From the human T2T-CHM13v2.0 reference genome, Homo sapiens, in assembly GCF_009914755.1 (NCBI RefSeq), contig NC_060940.1: a DNA stretch of 64,000 bases. One strand, written 5' to 3'. The notes beneath the pieces were generated by a model. That model saw nothing but the letters and a program-made list of their open reading frames with translations, was not told the DNA's origin and made no database searches. This document shows, piece after piece, positions 56,467-64,000 of the stretch. The position numbers were made by a program, and so were the translations under genes. Every line of letters starts with the position of its first letter. Positions within the stretch are counted from its first letter, which is position 1.

Positions 56467-58449
56467 CTACAGCTATTGTCTTGTTCAATGAATATTGGTG
56501 CTTAGAATAGCCCAGGGTATTTTCCAATCCCTGCTCGCCAGAGAGAGACTTTTGTCTGATAACCCTGTAATAAGTTGGGAAATGAGACCAGTATTAATTT
56601 AGAAGGAATTTTAACGATATTGTTAAAAATTCAAAAGGGTTTTATGATTAATTTGCAGTTAATGAGAGTATTTAGTCTATCAGATTCCCCGTTCTTCCAG
56701 AATTTTGGTCGATTAATATGAACTTGATGAGATTCCCAACCATCCTGGGTCAGGTAGATGGTAAGATCTTGCCCTGTAAGGAACCATTTCCTCGAAGTAT
56801 TTTTCTGGGTTACTTGGGGCATCCTTTCCCAGGATCAGAACTTCACGGTAGTCAGAGCAACAGGAACGGAGAACAGAAAGAGCCCCTATGACAAATAGGG
56901 TCCATTTTCAAGTGTTTCATGTTCATTTCAACAACTTGTACCTCTCTCCATCCAGCCTTAGGACTCAACCTGAGAAGCAGAAATGAACACAATTGCACTG
57001 AGCCAGTGACTTTCCAGATCCAGGGTGCTCCCCTGCTCCTGCAGCGGTGTTCAAACTTCGGAAGTGGGGTTGGAGGCTCCATTAATAACTCCCGTGAAAA
57101 TATGAGTGATCTTAGCTGGAGATGTCTAAGTACAAGATTCATCTTTTCCTCCTTGGCAGAATCAATAAATTTGCATGATGCATATTAAATGTTTAATTAA
57201 AACCCAACGCTAAAGCATATTCAGGAAGTTATAAAAGCCCTTTGGAGGGGGTCTGGAGTCCAGGGGTTCTTGTGAGTTTTCCAGGCATGCCTCCATCCAT
57301 CAGACTCCAGTGTCCACCTTAGTTCTGTTTCTCTTTAGTGCCTGGGTTATTTTGCAGGTATGAGAGCTGCTTGACGTAACGATGCGACGGCATTCAGATG
57401 ACTGTTAAGATTTTAAACACTGGAGCCTTTAAGGGCAGAATCACCAAACTCCCTCCTGTCAGGATCCATGCCGGTGTCCACCTCTTGTCCCCTCCCACAG
57501 TGGGAAGGGAGCTGGGTATTTAGCACAGATCCTGTGTTAGAGAAACACAAAGATCCTAAGAACAATTTGTAGCTTAACGGGGGAAAGTGCTTAGAGACAG
57601 AATTTTGCTTTTTTGGCTCTAATTGCCAGCCAGACTGCCTCGGGTCTTGGCGTTGGATGCACTCCCGAGCAGAGAAGCCAGGCTCAGATGACGTGCCCTA
57701 GGTGCCCTCACACTGCAGGATGAAACCTTATTTAGTAGCTGTATTAATTGAATCCTCACTTCGTGTGGATTGATGGAATTCATATCAGAATGGCCCCTCG
57801 CTGTTGGAGATGTCCCTCGATGACTTCCTCTGCCCTCCAAAACAGGAACTTTCATTGCTGAATGTTTTTTCTTTTTGCTTATTCATTCGTACGTTCGCTC
57901 CCGATTCCACTCACTCACCCATTCCACAAAAGTCTATTTAGAACCCACTATGGATTGTACACTGAATTTGTTCTAATAATTGATGGTTATAGAGCATCTA
58001 CTAAATGCCCGCCACTGCTGTAAACAATTTAATTACATCACCTTCTTGAATCGCCATAAGGACCCCAGGAGGTGGGAAGGGTGGTCATTTCTCCCACTCT
58101 GCGTCAATCTCTCTGCTTGCTTTTCTGTGTGCTTATGTTTTCCCAGTCGTCCTAGTTTCTTTCACCTCTTATTTCCTTTTGCTTTCTCTTCCCTGTATCC
58201 TTAGCTGACCACATTTTAAAATGGTGGATGTTATATTTTGAATGCGCATTCGGTTATCTTTTCTTCTTACATTTAAAATCCAGTCCCGAACTCTGGCTCC
58301 AGCATCTGTTTGAGCCACACCCATGTGGCTGTCTGTTCCAGCCTTGCTAGTTTTCTTCTTCTGCCTCTCATACTTGACCCCATCCCAGAGACTTTGCACA
58401 TTCTCTCTACTTCCTCCCAGCATCATTTTCCTGAATCCTATTTGCACTC

Positions 58450-58652
58450 TTGACCCTGTTTTAGTACAGCCTTCTGAGCAAAGAACATTTTTTTTGTACT
58501 TTAAGATTTTTTTTTTTTTTTTAGAAGAAGGAGGAGAAGAGGGAGGAAAAAAAGGGGAGGAACACCAGTAGCAGCGGCAACAAAGACTGCAAGATAAATA
58601 AAGCTTAAAATAATTGCTGTTTGGTTCTTTACAGAAAGCGTTTGCTGTCTCA
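58450..58652. mobile_element. MER58-like DNA transposon relic
   Basis: aagcttaaaataattgctgtttggttctttacagaaagcgtttgctgtctc resembles the MER58 end. Confidence 0.55.
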
Positions 58653-58664
58653 GTGGATGTCTCC

Positions 58665-58816
58665 ATCATGAGACTGTAAGCTCCGAACGTAGGGATATTT
58701 CTTGCTCACCATTTTTTCCCGTGTGCCTAGCGCAATGCCTAGCATATAGCAAGTACTGAATGACCTGGTCAGATGGCAGAATGAATGAATGAATGAATGA
58801 ATGAATGAATGAATGA
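58665..58816 (+). mobile_element. L2 3' end with (AATG)n tail
   Basis: agactgtaagctcc...gtgcctagcgcaatgcctagcatatag...(aatg)n. Confidence 0.8.
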
Positions 58817-60269
58817 AGAGTTCTCATCTTCTCACCTTTAAATCTCCCAGTGCTTTGCCTCTGAAGTCTATCTGATGCTCACAGCCACCTCTTAGGTGAT
58901 GGACTTCTTTCTCATCTCTTACCCAGGGAATACTGCCTCTCAACTCATGTCTGATCCATCCAATATCTCTCTCCAAATTTTCCCTCATCCGTGGCTTTCA
59001 TGGTCAAAAAAAAAAAAAATCAAAAATATGTTGTAAAATGTAAACCTTATCGTGTCTCAGTCCAAACCCTCTAACGTGCACATAGGAAGGCTCACAGTCA
59101 GGTCCCACCAGCACCTCCACTGGCTCTGCACCCTTGCTCCCCTTCTGCAGCACATGGCTCCCAGCCCCTCGAATCCTTGCAGATCCCAGGGTGTGCCTTC
59201 TTTCTCTCACTTCTGTTCATCTTCATGTTGTTCCTCCTGCTTGTACTTCTGGTGAACTGCACGGCACAATGGCCTTCAGGATGCAGCTCCACTCTCACCT
59301 CCTCTGGGAATCTTTCTCTGACTCCTCAGGCCAACCTGGATATGCTTCCTTCCTGCCCTGACGGCTCCTTGACTTACGTCTATCCAAAAACTGACAGTCC
59401 TGGGCTGTAATTACTTCTTTAAGCATTTCTCTCTGCCTTTAGTTAGGGAGTTTATTGAGGACGGGACGATGCCTAAATTCATCTTGTGTTCTTTGCACCC
59501 TTGATGGTCTGTAGCCCACATTCAGCACTCAGAATTGCAGCTGACAAACTGATTGGACAAATGAATGTATGAATGATGACCAAAGTAGTTTCCCATTAAC
59601 AAGGTGGGGAAGGAATCACAGGGTTTATTATTATTATTATTATTATTATTTTTTAATGTCTAAACTCATTTTGTCTTTGCAACATCAAAACACTGTTGGC
59701 AATTTCCTTTACAACTCATGGCTAATTTACAGAAGGGATTTTTATGAAAATGTTTTCCTTCATTCCCATGGATGGTGATGCTACCTGGGGGGCAGGTACT
59801 CAGGTAGCAGCCATGTGGGTGGCTTTCAGAGGTCCTCAGCCTTCCTTTTGACTAGCTCCAAAGCACCATGGGAGGCTACAGGGGTGGAAACCCTGCTGAC
59901 TCAGATTTCAAAGTTTGACGCAAGTAAATTTCAAAGTTTTCAGTAAGGTGCGACCCTATTTGTATGGACAACCAGTAGGTAACCCTAAAAAATTTATCCA
60001 GTCCAGGGTGGTGCAAGCATTGTGAGCTTCTTATTCATTCGTTTTTCTGTTTTAATTTCTGGAACTATTATAATGATATTATTTGGCCCAGAAATAAAAT
60101 CAATATTTAGCAGTCAGAGGCATCTCTGCTTGGATGCCTAGGTTGGAAATCAGTTGTGTGAGAAAGAATATTTTTCAGGCCAGTTTCTGAGAAGCTGGAG
60201 ATACTGGTAAACACTCAATGAACACCTCTGATTGTGGGGGTAGTGTGCATCAAACAGATGCTACAAGTA

Positions 60270-60485
60270 GAGTGGTTGAGAGTTTCAGTGGTCTGAGTTA
60301 GATGAGGGTTCAAATTCAGCCTGCTAGAAACCAACTGTGTTATTTTGGGCAAATGAATATGCTCTCCCTAGACCTCAGCTTCTTTGTTGACAACTCAGTT
60401 GTTGCAAATGTTTAATGAGATAATACATGCAATATGCCCCGCACAGTGCCTGGCAAGTAATAAGTGCTCAGTTTCTATCAGCTAC
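60270..60485 (+). mobile_element. MIR SINE
   Basis: agtggttgagag...gggttcaaatt...cctcagcttc...atgagataatacatg...gcacagtgcctggca..taataagtgctca. Confidence 0.75.
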
Positions 60486-61279
60486 TGTGGAAAGCAGGCT
60501 GGTCTGAAGCAGGATCATTAACCTGAAGTGTCAGGACTGTTAGGGTCTTCAAGGGCCCCCAAATGAACTGATATCATGCACACACTCCTACTGCAAGGGT
60601 CTCATGAACTCCCTCAAACTCTCAAAGTCATCCATGACTCAAGAAAAATTTTCTCACTGATGTAAAAAGAAGGCAGGAGAAGAAATGCGTCTGGGCCATA
60701 CAGGAGAGTTCTGTTAAGGTGACAGTGCCTGCTGTCACCTCCTTAACTCACAAGGCACCTGGTCAGCTAAGTTCTATGATCTGTTGGGAATGCAGGACTA
60801 GAGTTCCTGAGAAAGGTCCCAGCTGGAGAACATAGACTTGGGGCCACAAGAGAAGAGGGAGGGAGTGTGGGAATGGAGGTGCCATCAAAGGAGAGAATTC
60901 AGAGAAGATATTAAGGTCAGGAGGTTAGGAGATTCTAGTTTTCAACCTCTCTGCACAGTCAAAGACGCATCCTCAAAGGTCGGAAGTGACAGCAGGCACT
61001 GTAATGGACCAGACACTCTGAGTTTTCAGGAGACTAACCAACCCTTCACGCGGTCTTCTGACAGCTGTCATTCAAGGTGATTACAAATCCCTTCCTGCCA
61101 CATCCACCCGGCTGTCTTCCTCACTGTGCCTTCCTTGGGGTCAGAGGCCATGCATCAAAGCGGGTTTTCCTGTAACCACAGTGCAGCTCCCCTCACCTTT
61201 TTGGGGCAGATCCAACTGCATTTTGAAGAAGTATTTTGCTAATGAAAGATGACCAGGATTCTAAAATTTGCCTTCTTTG

Positions 61280-61960
61280 GCATTTTTATACATCAAATTT
61301 TTTACTTATTTTTCTGATTATGACAGTACTTTTTGTTTATTACAGAAAACTTAGAAAGTACAAAAAAGGACAATAAAGATATGAGTGATGATAACTTAGA
61401 TACAGTGGTTGCCCATAGTATTTTCCTTCAAGTTATTTATTGGAATGCATATACAAACACATTTACACAAGTATGCAAATGTATAATTAAAAATATTTTT
61501 AAGACAACTGGGATCAAATTGAGTGTACCATTTATATCCTACATCTATAAGGTGTTTTATATCCTACTTTCTACTTCAAAATATACCAATCCAAGAGTAT
61601 TTAATTCTGAGTCATTAAATACTCTTTGAAAGCATGTCTTTATAGGCCACATAAAAGTTAATCACGTGATTATAAAACTAATGTATTTGATTATTTTGCT
61701 TATTTGGGGACATTAAGATCCTTTCCAATTTTTCAGTAATACACCAACTGCTTTGATCCATATCCGTATACACAATTGCTGAATATCTGATCACTTCCCT
61801 AAGACAAATATAAAAACTTTGGACTGCTAGGCAAAAAGGTATAAATATTTTAGGGATTTGATATGACAAAATTATTTTCTAGATAAGTTGCATCTGTTTT
61901 CTATACTGTTGCTAATGTAATGTGATGCACACTTTTTAAAAATCTACATCAATTTGAAAA
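61280..61960 (-). mobile_element. Old L1ME-like fragment (approximate bounds)
   Basis: AT-rich degenerate L1 motifs (ggacattaag..tttccaattttt, ggactgctagg.caaaaggtat). Confidence 0.5.
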
Positions 61961-63433
61961 ACAGTATCTCTCCCTTAATAGCATCTTAACAGCCAGCCTT
62001 GGAATTTTTTCCCTTGACTTCTCTGAATTCTTGTTCAAACCCAGGGGCTTCTCCCAAAAGTCTCCCAAGTAGCAAACAAGGGACTAATTAGGCAACTCTC
62101 TATACATATCTACATTCGTTTATCTGTAAAGATAACCATATGCGTGTTCACCTAGTTACATAGTACATATGTCACATAAGGAACAACAAATCCCAAATCC
62201 AGTTCACTTCAAAAGAGAAGTTGAAGGGCATCTTTTGGGAGTCCTGTTTAAATCGTTAGTTGTATAAATTAACGACTCAGCCATAAGCTATGGTGCCTGG
62301 TCCACAGCCAAGAATAGTAGATCATGTTTAGCTGAATCTCTTTCATGAAGAGAAGATAGAAAGAAACCTACATTGACTGAGGATATACTAGATTCTGCTT
62401 TGGGCTCCATTGTGTACATCCTTTGTTTATGCCTCACAAGGTATTCTTTCCTCCAGTTCTATGCATAGAGAAGTCAATCTCAAGGCTAAGATTTGCCGGG
62501 GCCAGCAGCAAGGCCTCTAGGCCCTGCAATATGCACACAGAAGATTTGAACTCTGGTCAGCCTGCTCCAAGTCTCTGTGTTTTGTCACCAATTCCTCTAG
62601 AAGCTGTCCCTAAAGCAGATCTCTGCCCACAGCAGCCCCCCGGACAGCACATCCTTCTAGTGGCTTTTCCTTCTTGCTCTCTCAGAATCGCCTCTCCTTC
62701 CCTTCTACTTTCTTGGTTCAGCCCCCAGATAAACTACCTGAACATACATGGTTATTGCACACTTTCCTTTTGGAGTCTCCAAACTGAGACATTTACTTAG
62801 AATACCTGCAGCTGCAGAAGGACCCAGTGGGGCAAGGCCCTGCCCGAGTGCAGGCTTCCATTTCCTTCTGGGGTCTTCAGGTTCCCCAGGGGCAATTTCA
62901 CTGTGTCCTGCTGGGCTAAACCTCTCCTGGGAGCTACACCTGACCCGGAGGTTTCACCTTCCTCACAGCTGGGCCTACGCATGACCACAAGTGAGTCACA
63001 AGTGAAGAATGGAGACATCTCCCCTGGCTGCTGGGCTCTGGGTCCTCAAACCACACTTATGTTTTTATATATGTGTTGGGATGATTCAGCGGAAACTTCT
63101 GGTCAAACGGATCACCATAGCAACTTTCAATAGACATCCAGCATGCAAATTAGAGAGTGGAAAGAGACACTTTCTCAATAGCCCCAAACCACCATCCTCT
63201 GAACGCTTCATGGATTGAACAGTAGATACTTTGAAGGTTTAAACACAGTCAGCTTAAATGCAGGGTCAACACCTGGCTGGGTCAGCTGGTACCTTCAGAT
63301 GCTAAAACAAGCAGAGCAAACTGGCTTCTACACTGAATTGTGTGTCTAGCAGGGAAGACATCCCAGCAGAGTTGGGGACAGATGCACATGTGCCCTGTGT
63401 CATTCGTAAGCCTCAAGATCTTTGCCAAATTAT

Positions 63434-63485
63434 GAGTTTGTAGAGTAATTTGGCCACAAACATGGCCAAATTACTCTACAAACTC
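63434..63485. repeat. Perfect inverted repeat: 23-bp arms, 6-nt loop
   Basis: GAGTTTGTAGAGTAATTTGGCCA-caaaca-TGGCCAAATTACTCTACAAACTC. Confidence 0.97.
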
Positions 63486-64000
63486 TCCAATTTATATGCT
63501 TTCTTTCACAAAATTGAGCAACTTGCATTTTCTCCTTATATACCCCACGCTTGCGATTGCCTTGCTTTTGATTGCACAATTCCTAGCATGGAACGTCCCT
63601 GTTTCTCTCAGCTCTAGGGCTTTGCAAAGCTCCAGGCTTAGCAGGCTTTCCTTTTGGGGTCTCCAAACTTAAAATACCTGCAGCTAAACTTCTTTAAAAT
63701 TTCTTTAGGCATATGGTGTGTCTGAAATAATGATTAGAAAGTGTTTCGCGTATGTTAGTCTCTCAATAAATGGTAGTTACTGCTAACATTTTCTTTGGAA
63801 CTTCAGAACCCTATTTTTTTTTTCCTTTAGGCCTCAGTCTTTAATTGAATATCACTTGTATGAAAAATGTGATGTGGATACGTAGGGATACAAATGACAA
63901 CATGGCGTCTGCTCTAAAGGAGCTCCAGGAGTGGCTGAGAAGGATGGAAAGGGGTTATGGGTCTTAGGCATGACTGGGGGTAACTTAGGTTCGAATTAGT

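Noticed and set aside
58169-58669. 166-aa minus-strand ORF
   Set aside because: Runs through MER58/L2 relics and a poly-T tract; no domain
59904-59940. 12-bp direct repeat atttcaaagttt
   Set aside because: Only two short AT-rich copies; not an array

Overview
Human (primate) genomic DNA centred on MAF (c-MAF, large-Maf bZIP transcription factor; chr16q23.2 by recognition) on the minus strand. The promoter has a TATA box (35095-35101), a perfect CRE and CCAAT boxes, and the TSS is inferred near 35070. The ~830-nt GC-rich 5'UTR holds two AUG uORFs, G-quadruplex-forming tracts and a (GGC)7 repeat. The intronless CDS encodes 373 aa (34239-33118). One splice donor overlaps the last codon and stop (AT|GTGAGT), and two downstream acceptors give in-frame alternative C-termini. 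The exon at 28889 gives the 403-aa form (ITEPTRK...VFTK). A distal exon at 20279 gives a 383-aa form (MYPRESSTSVM). Neither tail is in the ORF track. Splicing removes a 3'UTR rich in miRNA seed matches. About 12-41 kb is almost free of recognisable transposons and has enhancer-like AT-rich blocks, a second orphan CpG island (~24 kb) and CTCF-like motifs. The flanks carry ordinary Alu, MIR, L1M, L2, MER and MaLR repeats. They also show several local-copying scars: a perfect 23-bp hairpin, templated insertions and diverged duplications. No other protein-coding gene, RNA gene or CRISPR array is supported. I found no evidence of a wholly new biological system. The most novel testable ideas are a CUG-initiated poly-Gly N-terminal extension of c-MAF and the three-way C-terminus/3'UTR switch. 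Boundaries and family names of old repeats were called by eye and are approximate.
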